Program-made: the position numbers and the translations under genes
The notes under the pieces: generated by a model
What the model saw: only the letters and a program-made list of their open reading frames with translations
What the model was told of the DNA's origin: nothing
Databases searched by the model: none
In this document: piece after piece, positions 14,777-25,798 of the stretch
Layout of the letters: every line of letters starts with the position of its first letter
Position numbering within the stretch: position 1 is the stretch's first letter
Assembly (NCBI GenBank): GCA_024346625.1
Contig: AP024667.1
Location: 930,001-994,000, forward strand
Reading direction: 5' to 3'
Length of the DNA: 64,000 nt
DNA from: Williopsis jadinii
Taxonomy: Eukaryota

Positions 14777-16129
14777 ATGCTGCGATTTTCTACAAACTTC
14801 CTAAGTAAACGATGTTTAAGTACGTTTGGCTATGCTCAACTTGGTAGTCGGTCCGTTGTTAAGGTGTCTGGTCCTGATGCGACAAAGTTCGTCAATGGAC
14901 TAATCACTTCAAAGATGATTCCTCATGCATCAAAGAGGTTGGCAATGACCATTGAGGAAGGCCCTGAACAGGAACTGACTCTAGGAGAGTTTGACATGTC
15001 TAAGAACTGGGGTATACTCTTGGAATCTCCCGAAACAACCAACCAGACGGTTTCGAGGTTGGGTATCTACACGATGTTTCTTAATTCGAAAGGTCGAATA
15101 ATCACCGATGCATGGATCTACCCAGGTTTTAAACCATCTGAGGATGAATACATGAAACAGGATGCTGAATATTTCATTGAGACAGACTCGTCTATAATGA
15201 ATCAGCTGACAATGATGTTCAAATTGCATAAATTGAGATCTAAGGTGTCGTTTGCGCCAGTTCAAGATGTAAACGTTTGGGCTTGTTACAATGACAATCA
15301 GATGGATGCACTCTACGATATTCAGCAAGAATATGCTGATTTGGAATCTACATCACTGAAAACACCGGAGGCCGCATACAAGAATGTCCAATCTTTCCAA
15401 CGCAGTTCATTCTTCCAAGAATCAATCGATGATAAGATCACTGCCTTTGCATTCGATAACAGAGTACCGGATTCTGGAATTCGTCTTGTATTACCAAAGG
15501 GTGTGACACCAACACAAGTTATCTCGGAGGATTACCTTCCAGAGGGCTCTGAGATAAGTGCCGATGAATTCAACACTAGAAGGGCTCTCTTTGGCGTCCC
15601 TGAAGTTCCAAGCGATATCACGCCAAACAAGTTCTTACCACTAGAGTGTAATCTAGAGTATATGGGAGGTGTAAACTTCGACAAAGGTTGCTACACAGGG
15701 CAGGAACTTACTGTCAGGACGTTCCACACCGGAGTCGTCCGTAAAAGGGTCGTTCCTGTACGCATCTTCCTTCTTCCCACAGACACTAGCGAGTTGCCCT
15801 TAGAACTCAATTCTCAAGACCCTGTGTGTGGGTGCGTTCCAAAGGGGCAATGGAATATCACATCCGACAGGGAAGAAGAGAACCAATCGTTTGTCTCCTC
15901 GCCATTTGGAGGCTCGTCAGCGAAAGCAGCACGCTCGAGGGCCAAAACTGTGCGTTCCTCTGGTACGCTCCTCTCCACGTACCACAACATCGGGTTAGCG
16001 TTGGTTAGGCTCGAAGACTTTGCCGATCCATCTACAAACTTTTTTGTTGATATTCCAGGAGCTGGAGACGGCAATAAGAACCTCATGCTTGGAATCAAGG
16101 CGTATATCCCCTACTGGTGGCCTGAATGA
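14777..16129 (+). CDS. IBA57: Mitochondrial Fe-S assembly factor Iba57/Caf17 (YgfZ family)
   Basis: GPDATKFVNGLIT, FLNSKGRIITD and signature KGCYTGQELTVRT; first ATG at 14777 gives a presequence-like MLRFSTNFLSKR; adjacent to RPS5 as in S. cerevisiae. Confidence 0.95.
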   Translation: MLRFSTNFLSKRCLSTFGYAQLGSRSVVKVSGPDATKFVNGLITSKMIPHASKRLAMTIEEGPEQELTLGEFDMSKNWGILLESPETTNQTVSRLGIYTMFLNSKGRIITDAWIYPGFKPSEDEYMKQDAEYFIETDSSIMNQLTMMFKLHKLRSKVSFAPVQDVNVWACYNDNQMDALYDIQQEYADLESTSLKTPEAAYKNVQSFQRSSFFQESIDDKITAFAFDNRVPDSGIRLVLPKGVTPTQVISEDYLPEGSEISADEFNTRRALFGVPEVPSDITPNKFLPLECNLEYMGGVNFDKGCYTGQELTVRTFHTGVVRKRVVPVRIFLLPTDTSELPLELNSQDPVCGCVPKGQWNITSDREEENQSFVSSPFGGSSAKAARSRAKTVRSSGTLLSTYHNIGLALVRLEDFADPSTNFFVDIPGAGDGNKNLMLGIKAYIPYWWPE

Positions 16130-16504
16130 GCCCAAGCCCAACCAAAAATGTGTATATAGAGAGCTTTAACGAGAAATGTGCCATGCTTATAAGATCATGT
16201 AGGGCTACAGAAATGTCTTCGGAGTCATGTGATAAAGCTTAGGGCTGCGAGTTCTCTGGGACGGTTTCGCGAGTGGTCCTCTATAACATCCAAACACCAG
16301 GAGCCACGACCAAACAAAAAAGCTGTCATTCTGCGCCGGGACACACCACAGTTAAGTGCAAGCCCACTCGCGGAAATTGTTGGTAGGCGACGCAGCGAGG
16401 AACTCTCACCGGTGAAAAACTCGTACACTCTCAAAAAAACAAAAAGTTCAAAACGCACCAACATACACACAACAGTTCTCCTAAGACAATCACAGAAGTT
16501 AACC

Positions 16505-17206
16505 ATGGCTGAGGAACAAGTTGTTGACATCCCACAAGAGGAAATTGCCCAAGAGGAATTCGAGGTCGTCTCTGAGCCAGTTGAGGTCAAGTTTGTTGAG
16601 TTGGCTACCGCCATCCCAGCTGACGTTCAACAAGCTCAAGCTGAGATCAAGTTGTTCAACAAGTGGTCTTTTGCTGAAGTTACCGTCAAGGACATCTCCT
16701 TGACCGACTACATCCAAATCACCAAGCCAACTTTCATCTCCCACACTGCCGGTCGTTACGCTTCCAAGAGATTCAGAAAGGCCCAATGTCCAATCGTTGA
16801 GCGTTTGACCAACTCTCTTATGATGAACGGTAGAAACAACGGTAAGAAGTTGAAAGCTGTCAGAATCGTCAAGCACACTTTGGAGATCATCAACGTTTTG
16901 ACCGACCAAAACCCATTGCAAGTTCTCGTTGACGCTGTTGTCAACACCGGTCCAAGAGAAGATGCCACCAGAGTTGGTTCTTCCGGTACCGTCAGAAGAC
17001 AAGCTGTTGATGTCTCCCCATTGAGAAGAGTCAACCAAGCTATTGCTCTCTTGACCATTGGTGCTCGTGAGGCTTCTTTCAGAAACATCAAGACCATTGC
17101 TGAGTGTTTGGCCGAGGAGTTGATCAACGCTGCTAAGGGTTCCTCCACTTCCTACGCCATCAAGAAGAAAGATGAGTTGGAGCGTGTTGCCAAGTCTAAC
17201 CGTTAA
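16505..17206 (+). CDS. RPS5: 40S ribosomal protein S5 (uS7)
   Basis: KLFNKWSF...[43 protein letters not shown]...ERVAKSNR; strong codon bias; ATG at 16505. Confidence 0.99.
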   Translation: MAEEQVVDIPQEEIAQEEFEVVSEPVEVKFVELATAIPADVQQAQAEIKLFNKWSFAEVTVKDISLTDYIQITKPTFISHTAGRYASKRFRKAQCPIVERLTNSLMMNGRNNGKKLKAVRIVKHTLEIINVLTDQNPLQVLVDAVVNTGPREDATRVGSSGTVRRQAVDVSPLRRVNQAIALLTIGAREASFRNIKTIAECLAEELINAAKGSSTSYAIKKKDELERVAKSNR

Positions 17207-17652
17207 GAACCTGGAAGGATGCAGAACAGTTTGGGGGAGGAGTGTTTTCATACGTTTGTCACTATAGGAGTTTCAACCACTGGAAATATATGTTTAATGT
17301 ATTTTGAATCTGTACACCGAGTTTACGTAGCTGATATCCTGTACCTGTCAGGCCCTGGAGAGCTTGTCCAGGTGCCTTGAGCGTCCTTTCACAGTGATGT
17401 ATTTGCTGTGTATTTGCTCTCCACTATAAAAATTGGAAACATCCTTACATTTTCACAATTTCTGGGGCAACCACGAGCCAGAACTACATATACAAAGCAA
17501 CACATCTTGAATTATTTTCAAAGAATCACTGCTTCAATCACACTACAGCATATATGATGAAAGAATACAGTTCTAGTGTCTGGCGTTCTTAGCGTTCCCA
17601 GATTCTGTTTCGTTGTTGAGATATAAGCAAATTTATGCGGTTTTTCATGATC

Positions 17653-17760
17653 ATACCATACAAACTATGAGTTGTTATACCTCAGGCTACATTGAGGATC
17701 GCATGCTCATACTTTGTATGGTATTTATTTGGAGTGCTAGCTACATACTCGTGCACTCCA
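17653..17760. other. Two adjacent inverted repeats (long stem-loop plus short stem-loop), possible structured ncRNA
   Basis: ATACCATACAAACTATGAG (17653-17671) pairs with CTCATACTTTGTATGGTAT (17706-17724) with one mismatch; TGGAGTGC (17730-17737) pairs with GCACTCCA (17753-17760). Confidence 0.6.
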
Positions 17761-17821
17761 GGGAAAATTTAGAGACCGGCCTGCTACTTTAATTAGTATC
17801 ATTCTAATGCCACTGTTCATT

Positions 17822-17872
17822 CACCCAGACACCCACGCCAAATACTCAGACACCCAGACACCCAGACACCCA
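17822..17872. repeat. (AGACACCC)n telomere-like/Rap1-type repeats upstream of YAT2
   Basis: CACCCAGACACCC at 17822-17834 and CAGACACCCAGACACCCAGACACCCA at 17847-17872. Confidence 0.8.
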
Positions 17873-18092
17873 CGACGCAGCGAAAGGGACAAACCAATTA
17901 GGGTTTGGCAACCAGGCAGCGTGTGGGGAAAATGTCCTGACTTTGCCGTCGTTAAACTTGTTGGGCGGTCATCTCATCAAGACATTCAGACTTACACGCA
18001 GCAACGTATAAATATGTGGACAAACCTCCTCTTCGCCCATGCCTTGAGGCCCTCCTTTGGGACATGGAATTGTAAGCCAACCGCAGCACACT

Positions 18093-20396
18093 ATGCCCTC
18101 CATTGCACAAGCTGGTGATCTGCCAAAGTTGAAAGTTCCAGAGCTCTCTGCGACGCTCAACAAGTTGACGCGAGCACTCACTGCACTGACCAATGAGTCC
18201 GAGCGTGAGGAGCTTGAGGAGAAGGTTGAGAAGTTCAAGAGGTCGTCTGTCTCGAAGATCTTGCAGAGCCACTTACAACGACTCTATGAGCGCGAGGATT
18301 GTTATCTGGACCACTTGCAGTTGGACCATATCCTCATTGACATGAAGGCCCTCCCACGGAACCCGTTCCTGGTGTTGGAGGACGATCCACTGCGCCACTT
18401 CACCATCCCACAGGACCAGGCTGGCCGTGCCGGGGTGCTGACGATGAGTGCGCTGAAGTTTGTGTGTTCGCTGCGTAAAGGTGATTTGACCGAAGATGCC
18501 ACGAGAAGCGGCGAGCGCTTGACGATGAAGCCGTACTGGAATCTGTTTGGTACCACGAGGGTTCCGGAGATGAGTGGGATCAAGACCAAGACGAACACAA
18601 CGTCTGATTACATCTTGATTGTGTCAAAGTCCCAGTTTTACACGCTCAAAGTTATCAATGACAACCATGAGCTTCTGCACACTGCCGATGAGCTGGCGAC
18701 GATCTTCCGCCAAGTGATGGAAGAGTCGAATCACGTTGCCAACCCTAACAGATCTGCTGTTGGCTCGATCACCTCGGACTCGTACAAGAACTGGCGACAC
18801 GCGCGTGAGGTGTTACAGACCGAGTACAAGGATAACATGGCGAAGGTTGACTCCGCGCTGTTCGTGTTGGTGCTTGACCACTCTGAGCCAGAGGACACGG
18901 ATGAAGAATTGGCCAAGTGCATCTCTGTGGGCTCTATGAACATCAATGAACGCGGTGTTCAAACTGGTTCTTGTATCTCGAGATGGTATGACAAGATGCA
19001 GCTCGTTGTGACGAAAACCGCAGTTGCTGGTGTCATTTGGGACTCGTTCAGCCAGGATGGAACCACGGTGCTGAGATTTACCTCTGACATTTATGCTGAT
19101 TCTGTGCTCAGATTGACCGATGGTGATTACAGCTTGTTCCCAACTGTGAAGACCCCCAAACCCGGTGCTGATAAGCCGGTGCCTGAGAAGATGGAATGGA
19201 ACTTCCGTTCAGACATGATGACCTTTATCCATCTCTCAGAGACACGTTTGACAGACCTGATCTGCTCCCATACTACAAACACTGCTATCTTACACTATGG
19301 ACGCCGTTTCGCAAGAAAGATGGGTGTCAAATCTGACTCCTTGATCCAAGTTGCTCTACAAATTGCACAGTACGCGTTGTACGGTAAGCCAATCTCCACC
19401 GTGGAGCCGGTCTCCACGCGTCTTTTCCGTAATTCGAGATCTGAACTTCTTGCTCTTCAGGATGAAACCATTACAAAGGCATGCCAGGTGTTTGTGAGTT
19501 CCGATTCATCCCACAACCGTTGGATTGCCTTCAAAGAGGCGTGTCAGTTTCATTTTGAGGCTCTTGACCAAGCTGCTCATGGTGATGGTTTTGAAAAGCA
19601 TCTAAAGGCTCTTCAGAACGTGTACATTCAGCGTGAGGTGTTCAACCAATTGGCTCCGGAATTCAAGATCCCTGATGAGGAACCACCATTGTTGTTTGAC
19701 GATGCCGTCTACCCGTTGTTTGTTCCTGAGATGATTGCCTCCAACTGCGGTAACCCAGCCATGCGTCTGTTTGGGCTGACACCAGCTATTCACAATGGGT
19801 TCGGAATTGGCTATATCATCAAGGACGATGTTACAGAGTTCTGTCTAATGTCTCAGTACCGTCAGGGAGACCGCTTCTTGTCCACGTTAGACTGGGTTTT
19901 CCACCAAATCTCTTCTATTTGGAAAGCAGAGGTTGGTGTGAAGATGGTTCCCCATGCACATGAGTTTGATAGCAAGAAAGGTGCAGAGAGTAGAAGAAGA
20001 AACTCCAGCATCTCCCATGCTATTCAGACAGCTCCAATGTCGAGAACCACCACGCTCAGCTCAAGTGGAGAGGATGAACACCTGGCCTTGGGTGGGTATG
20101 GCTACTTCGACATTGAAGATCTGACTCTGCGTTCAGTCGGGCCATCCCATGTTGCAACACCGGTGTTGTCCCATGCGAACTCCACGACAGATCTGTTGAA
20201 AATGGACAAGGGCTTTGGCAAGACCGTTCAGATGAGTCTCTCTGAGAGGCTACGTGAGGGCTTCGAGAAGCATGGCCACAATTCTGGCAGCTCTTCCAAC
20301 GCTGGCTCTCTTGATGGGAACAACTTGGACAGATTCGACGCAAAATTCGACAGAGGAGAAGTTGGAAAGAGACTTGACTCCTACGATGACGAATAG
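18093..20396 (+). CDS. YAT2: Carnitine acetyltransferase family protein, Yat2 type
   Basis: LPKLKVPEL start, SRWYDKMQLVV, VIWDSFSQDG, SNCGNPAMRLFG, GFGIGYIIKDD, C-terminal LGGYGYFD and FDRGEVGKRL; near GCD11 as in S. cerevisiae. Confidence 0.88.
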   Translation: MPSIAQAGDLPKLKVPELSATLNKLTRALTALTNESEREELEEKVEKFKRSSVSKILQSHLQRLYEREDCYLDHLQLDHILIDMKALPRNPFLVLEDDPLRHFTIPQDQAGRAGVLTMSALKFVCSLRKGDLTEDATRSGERLTMKPYWNLFGTTRVPEMSGIKTKTNTTSDYILIVSKSQFYTLKVINDNHELLHTADELATIFRQVMEESNHVANPNRSAVGSITSDSYKNWRHAREVLQTEYKDNMAKVDSALFVLVLDHSEPEDTDEELAKCISVGSMNINERGVQTGSCISRWYDKMQLVVTKTAVAGVIWDSFSQDGTTVLRFTSDIYADSVLRLTDGDYSLFPTVKTPKPGADKPVPEKMEWNFRSDMMTFIHLSETRLTDLICSHTTNTAILHYGRRFARKMGVKSDSLIQVALQIAQYALYGKPISTVEPVSTRLFRNSRSELLALQDETITKACQVFVSSDSSHNRWIAFKEACQFHFEALDQAAHGDGFEKHLKALQNVYIQREVFNQLAPEFKIPDEEPPLLFDDAVYPLFVPEMIASNCGNPAMRLFGLTPAIHNGFGIGYIIKDDVTEFCLMSQYRQGDRFLSTLDWVFHQISSIWKAEVGVKMVPHAHEFDSKKGAESRRRNSSISHAIQTAPMSRTTTLSSSGEDEHLALGGYGYFDIEDLTLRSVGPSHVATPVLSHANSTTDLLKMDKGFGKTVQMSLSERLREGFEKHGHNSGSSSNAGSLDGNNLDRFDAKFDRGEVGKRLDSYDDE

Positions 20397-20728
20397 CTGC
20401 GAGATATCTGTTCGCCCTATTTATACACAACGTTATACATCGTTAAATATACTTAATATATATCTATTTATAATATAATTATAAGTACATGAAGGAATGG
20501 AAACTGTCACTGCTTGGTGTATATTTTCGTCATTTTTTCGCGCCACGCCGGCCCAACTAGGTAATTACGCAAATGCTTTTTTTGGCGAAAAAATCCCTGC
20601 CAAATTGCGAATTTGATTTTTTGTGACATCAAAACTTTTCAAAACAAACACACATACAACGCAATACGCTTCAACATCGGCCTCTTTCCTCCGTTGTTGG
20701 CTCGATTTGAGTGCGGAAAGCTTGCGAG

Positions 20729-23233
20729 ATGATGTCTAAACTTCTTCCCAATGATAGGATCAAGCAAATCTCTGCGCATGCGAGAGCTAAGAAGATGGCG
20801 TGCGTTGAATGTAGACAACAGAAATCCAAGTGTGATGCCCATGAGCTTTACCCAGCGCCTTGTTCACGGTGTTCCAAGAAGAAGATCTCTTGCTCGTTGC
20901 AGTCTGACTACAAGCGTACGTACAAGAGGGCCAAGTTCCAGCAGATTGAAGAAGAGCTTGAGGAGCTGAAGAAGAATCTGAGCCAGGCTGGAGTCGACTC
21001 TCTGCTGAAGCAATTGAAAGAGCGGAAGTTCCAAGCCCATGAGCTCAACGATCCAAAGAGTGACACTGAGACGCCTCCTCCCTTCCACCAGCAGGGACAT
21101 GCTTCTGAAGTACAGGCCAAAGGTACTCTCGGCGCGACGCCCCCTTCATTCATCGGTAGTCGTGCAGATGGTGATGTTCCTGGGCCGTCCATCTTGAGAG
21201 ATGCAACGCCGTTCCCATCTTCATCGGATGCGAGGGAAAGCGAAATAAAGAGTGAAACTTATGTCGAGCTGACAGATGAAATGCTCAAATGTGAACCTAA
21301 GCAATTTGGTGAAGTTGCTCTTTCCTCTGAACAGATCAGAGAGCTGTTCATCGAATTCGTTTACAAATATCACAGATATCTACCGATTGTGGACGTTTCT
21401 AAGGGCCCAGAAAGGCTGTATAGGCTCAGTCCTATTCTGTTTTGGACTATCGTGTCAGTTGCTCTGCGTCATTTATCTACTGATATTCTGATGTCGTTGG
21501 CACCGCTTTTGAAATCAGCATTTGCTGAGATCACTATAAGTCCCATTACAAGATACTTACCTTCAGAATCGGATGAACCAATCTTGAACGTTTCCACTGT
21601 TCACTCAGTTCAAGCACTGTTACTGTACAGTTTCTGGCCGCCATTGACATCCTCGTTAAGTGCTGATTCCTCATGGAACACCGTCGGTATTGCTATTTTC
21701 CAAGCCATTAGAATTGGTCTCAACGGTCCAGGTACCACAAATTACCACGTTCAACAGCAACAGACAACAGAAATGGCTCAAGTACTGAATGAGCACATCA
21801 AAACGTGGATATCGTGCAACATTGTGTCACAAACCATTGCGACTGCGTTCGGATACCCTGCTTTCGTCTCGTTTGACAGCTCCGTTATTGGATGTATGAG
21901 ACCCGGTGCTCCTCTAAAAATGCCCAAATGTATTAAACAGATGGTGGAAATTAGTCATTTTGAAGATCAAATGGGCAAAGTTCTGAACTCGAACACCACA
22001 GACATGATGGGGTTGGCTGATGCCACCGAGAGATTACCACTGTTGAAAGTCCTGTGCCAACAGCTTGATGAGCTAGAACTCAAGCTGACATCTGAAGGAA
22101 TAGACGACGTTCGAAAATTCCAAATACTGGCTGCAAGAGTGCACCTCTTGACGTACTATTTCTTAGACAACTCGAGACTTGCAAACTTTGAACTTCGTCG
22201 AGGTTTGGTAAAGCTTTATAACGCTGCGTTGGCGTTGCTAAGTCATGCTGGATCAGTATCGGCACATGACCCAAAATATATCAAGTACGTTCCCGGTGTA
22301 TTTGTGTTGAAGATTTGGCAGGCCTCGTGTATCGTTGCCAAGTTGATCCACTCTCCATTGAACGATGTCTTAGACGTTGGGGCTGGAAAACAACTCTACA
22401 TGGTTGCCATTCAACTTGCAAGTCGTGCCTCTATCTTGAAACACGACATGGCATATCGTACGAGTGGGATAATGAGAAACATGTGGCAATTATTCAAGCT
22501 GCTGCGTGAGAAAAAGGCTTCTAATCTTGAAGTTACTATACGATCCAGAATGTCTGCGAGTGTGTTCTTTGACTGTCTTTGGATGTTGAGAGAACAAGTT
22601 GGTATGGTGCGGCTGAATCCTAATAGACAAGAATCTGAAGTTTCTAATAGCAATGAGGATGATAAAGATACTGGGGAAGAAGAGGATGAATTCTCTGAGG
22701 AAGTTGAGGACGTTGCAGTTGTTGCAGATCCCGGTACCGTTGGCTCAGAAGGTTCTACCAATTCCCAAAAGAAGAGACAGAGGTCGCTGTCAAACAACTT
22801 CAACGCTGAATCCTCAGCAAGGAAGATCATCAGAACCATTCCGCTTGATCCTGCTCCGATCTCTCTGAAGAGGGATTCAGAGAGCCCAAGAGCGATGACT
22901 TCGTCGTTGAAGGATATTTTACAAAAGCAGAGTCCCGATGGAGTTTCCTCCAACAGCTCACAGAAGGATACGAACTCTCCATTGAATCCAAAGAATAATA
23001 CCGTCATCACATCCAAAGATATGTTGCCTTCTGACAACGCATCCTGTGTTATATCACCCTCAAACGTTCCATCATTGGATCTGGCTGATGATTGGACCAG
23101 TGAGATGCTTTGGAAAGACGTTGACTCTGTTATGAACGACTTCGGTTTCAACCCTGAGGATTTGAACAAAGCTGTCGAATACGGTTACTCCTTGCAAACT
23201 GGACCACTGTATGGCAACTTTGGAAAGAAATAG
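20729..23233 (+). CDS. LEU3: Zn2Cys6 regulator of branched-chain amino-acid biosynthesis
   Basis: ACVECRQQKSKCDAHE...PCSRCSKKKISC...KRTYKRA; middle homology region; IIRTIPLDP; C-terminal W..EMLWKDVDSVMNDFGFNP activation domain. Confidence 0.95.
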   Translation: MMSKLLPNDRIKQISAHARAKKMACVECRQQKSKCDAHELYPAPCSRCSKKKISCSLQSDYKRTYKRAKFQQIEEELEELKKNLSQAGVDSLLKQLKERKFQAHELNDPKSDTETPPPFHQQGHASEVQAKGTLGATPPSFIGSRADGDVPGPSILRDATPFPSSSDARESEIKSETYVELTDEMLKCEPKQFGEVALSSEQIRELFIEFVYKYHRYLPIVDVSKGPERLYRLSPILFWTIVSVALRHLSTDILMSLAPLLKSAFAEITISPITRYLPSESDEPILNVSTVHSVQALLLYSFWPPLTSSLSADSSWNTVGIAIFQAIRIGLNGPGTTNYHVQQQQTTEMAQVLNEHIKTWISCNIVSQTIATAFGYPAFVSFDSSVIGCMRPGAPLKMPKCIKQMVEISHFEDQMGKVLNSNTTDMMGLADATERLPLLKVLCQQLDELELKLTSEGIDDVRKFQILAARVHLLTYYFLDNSRLANFELRRGLVKLYNAALALLSHAGSVSAHDPKYIKYVPGVFVLKIWQASCIVAKLIHSPLNDVLDVGAGKQLYMVAIQLASRASILKHDMAYRTSGIMRNMWQLFKLLREKKASNLEVTIRSRMSASVFFDCLWMLREQVGMVRLNPNRQESEVSNSNEDDKDTGEEEDEFSEEVEDVAVVADPGTVGSEGSTNSQKKRQRSLSNNFNAESSARKIIRTIPLDPAPISLKRDSESPRAMTSSLKDILQKQSPDGVSSNSSQKDTNSPLNPKNNTVITSKDMLPSDNASCVISPSNVPSLDLADDWTSEMLWKDVDSVMNDFGFNPEDLNKAVEYGYSLQTGPLYGNFGKK

Positions 23234-23519
23234 CATGTGTATCTATACATGCTGTGTAATAGTAATTGATTAATAAAGGCCATAGAGGTGTTTGACGGTT
23301 GTCGTAGTAACATGTATTTGGTTTGTACACGCCCTCGGTTACACACGTGATCTCACGATTGATACCTCGTATTAACTTTTTTTTTCTGGCCCGTTTGATT
23401 CTCAGCGATTTTTCCATCAACAGCAAAAGGAAAAAAAAGCTTTAAACAGTGAGACGGAAACTTTTCACTTATTTTTGACCTTTGAACGACAGTTTAATTT
23501 CGACTAGTGAATTCAAGCG

Positions 23520-25085
23520 ATGTCTAAAGATTTGCAAGACCAGGAGCCTTCCATTGTTATCAACGGTGATTTGCCACCTGAGGAAGAACAGGAGATGTTC
23601 GAGGAGGAATCAGACAATGAGCCAGAGCCAAGCAAGAAGACGGTGTCATTTGCTGACTTGGATGACCAGGAGGATGAGGAGGAGACGAGAAGACGTGAAT
23701 TCGAAGAAGGTGGTGGTCTTCCAGAACAGCCTGACAACCCAGACTTTTCAAAGCTGACTCCTCTTTCTCCAGAGATTATAAATAGACAAGCCACCATCAA
23801 CATTGGTACCATTGGTCACGTCGCCCACGGTAAGTCCACTGTTGTCAAGGCCATCTCCGGTGTGCAGACGGTCCGTTTCAAGGATGAGCTTGAGCGTAAC
23901 ATTACCATCAAGCTTGGTTATGCCAACGCGAAGATTTACAAGTTGGATGATCCAAACGTTGATGAGACCACATCGTACAAGTCATTCAGTTCTGACAAGG
24001 AGATCCATCCAAAGAGTGAGGTGAAGGGCTCAGATGCTCGTTACAACCTTGTTCGTCACGTTTCATTTGTCGATTGTCCGGGTCACGATATCCTCATGAG
24101 TACCATGTTGTCTGGTGCTGCTGTTATGGATGCTGCCCTCTTGCTTATTGCTGGTAACGAATCATGTCCACAACCACAAACCTCTGAGCATTTAGCTGCT
24201 ATTGAAATCATGAAGCTGAAGCACGTTATCATCTTGCAGAACAAGGTGGATTTGATGCGTCCAGACTCTGCCTTGGAGCATGAGAAGTCGATTTTGAAGT
24301 TCATCAGAGGTACCATTGCCGATGGTGCTCCAATCGTCCCAATCTCTGCTCAATTGAAATACAACATTGATGCTGTCAACGAATTCATCGTCAAGACTAT
24401 CCCAGTGCCACCAAGAGACTTCAGTGCCTCTCCAAGACTCATTGTGATCCGTTCTTTTGACGTTAACAAACCAGGTGCCGAAATTGACGACTTGAAAGGT
24501 GGTGTTGCTGGTGGTTCTATTTTGACCGGTGTCTTCAAGCTCGGTGATGAGATCGAGATCCGTCCAGGTATTGTCACAAAGGACGACAACGGTAAGATAC
24601 AATGTAAGCCAATCTTCTCAAACATTGTGTCTTTGTTTGCTGAGCACAACGATTTGAAGTTCGCTGTTCCAGGTGGTTTGATCGGTGTTGGTACCAAAGT
24701 CGATCCTACTCTTTGTAGAGCTGATAGACTTGTTGGTCAAGTCGTTGGTGCTAAGGGCCATCTTCCATCCATCTATACCGACATCGAGATCAACTACTTC
24801 TTGCTTCGTCGTTTGCTCGGTGTCAAGACAGAGGGCTCCAAGCAGGCCAAGGTTAGAAAGCTTGACACAAACGAAGTCCTCATGGTCAACATCGGCTCCA
24901 CTGCTACCGGTGCCCGTGTCGTTGCTGTCAAGGCCGATATGGCTAGATTGCAGTTGACCTCTCCAGCCTGTACCGAGATCAATGAGAAGATTGCCCTTTC
25001 AAGACGTGTCGAGAAGCACTGGAGATTGATCGGTTGGGCTACCATCAAGAAGGGTACCACTTTGGAGCCAATCGTGGATAATTAG
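23520..25085 (+). CDS. GCD11: Translation initiation factor eIF2 gamma
   Basis: [46 protein letters not shown]. Confidence 0.99.
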   Translation: MSKDLQDQEPSIVINGDLPPEEEQEMFEEESDNEPEPSKKTVSFADLDDQEDEEETRRREFEEGGGLPEQPDNPDFSKLTPLSPEIINRQATINIGTIGHVAHGKSTVVKAISGVQTVRFKDELERNITIKLGYANAKIYKLDDPNVDETTSYKSFSSDKEIHPKSEVKGSDARYNLVRHVSFVDCPGHDILMSTMLSGAAVMDAALLLIAGNESCPQPQTSEHLAAIEIMKLKHVIILQNKVDLMRPDSALEHEKSILKFIRGTIADGAPIVPISAQLKYNIDAVNEFIVKTIPVPPRDFSASPRLIVIRSFDVNKPGAEIDDLKGGVAGGSILTGVFKLGDEIEIRPGIVTKDDNGKIQCKPIFSNIVSLFAEHNDLKFAVPGGLIGVGTKVDPTLCRADRLVGQVVGAKGHLPSIYTDIEINYFLLRRLLGVKTEGSKQAKVRKLDTNEVLMVNIGSTATGARVVAVKADMARLQLTSPACTEINEKIALSRRVEKHWRLIGWATIKKGTTLEPIVDN

Positions 25086-25324
25086 ATCAGTAACTGCCCA
25101 CAGAGGTGATCATTTATATAATGTACATTATTACAACCACACCGTCATAACCACACCGTCATAGCCGTCCTTACGTAAGCACTCTTACGTAAGCATACTA
25201 CCCGCGAACTCGTTTGATATGCTCGAGACTCCATCAACAAATTTTATGTCCCATAGGATGCACTTGTATTCAACCTTGGAGGGCTAGTCCAGTACTCCAA
25301 TTGATTCGTGATTGTGGAGAGGAC

Positions 25325-25780
25325 ATGGGTGTGCACAGCCTGCCCGTTTCAAGTGATCAGCCACCTCAGAAGAAACGTCGGTTGGCTTCTGAAGATGCGT
25401 CTATTCCATCGGTGTTCACCTTGTCGTCCTCGCTTGAGGCATCGAAGAACCATTATAGGAGCATCATAGTTAAGAAGGGTGATAAAGTCAGCAGGCGTAT
25501 TGACACGCTGTTGAAACTGATCGCAGACCATGGTGCGGTGCTGGTGATGGCGCAGGGTAATGGGATCCAGAAGATGCTGACGATAGTGGAGATCGTCAAG
25601 AGTAAACTAGAAGGGGAGAACAAGTACGAACAGTTCAACAGATTGGACAAGTACGACACTGTTGTGAAGAAGAACGAAGTCATCGACGTGAAAAGATCCA
25701 CAGCTGTGTTCTATACCCTGCTGAAAAAGGTGGATCAATTGGATGAGGAATTGAAGGAATGGACCAGACAAACGATATAA
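25325..25780 (+). CDS. POP6: RNase P/MRP subunit Pop6 (Alba-like)
   Basis: GIQKMLTIVEIVK, YEQFNRL and KNEVIDVKR..VFYTLL match the Pop6 pattern; first ATG at 25325. Confidence 0.75.
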   Translation: MGVHSLPVSSDQPPQKKRRLASEDASIPSVFTLSSSLEASKNHYRSIIVKKGDKVSRRIDTLLKLIADHGAVLVMAQGNGIQKMLTIVEIVKSKLEGENKYEQFNRLDKYDTVVKKNEVIDVKRSTAVFYTLLKKVDQLDEELKEWTRQTI

Positions 25781-25798
25781 ACAACCTTGGGGTATGGT

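Noticed and set aside
16229..16504. In-frame 92-codon GTG-initiated N-terminal extension of RPS5
   Set aside because: Covers promoter/5' UTR sequence and lacks ribosomal-protein codon bias; the ATG at 16505 has good context
16499..17251. 250-aa antisense ORF over RPS5 (and similar shadow ORFs over GCD11, LEU3, CRN1, PEP8)
   Set aside because: Expected by-product of biased codon usage or repeats on the coding strand; no protein family resemblance
17425..18092. Telomerase RNA gene using CACCCAGACACCC as template
   Set aside because: Little room downstream before YAT2, no evident Sm site or pseudoknot, and multiple tandem copies fit Rap1 sites better
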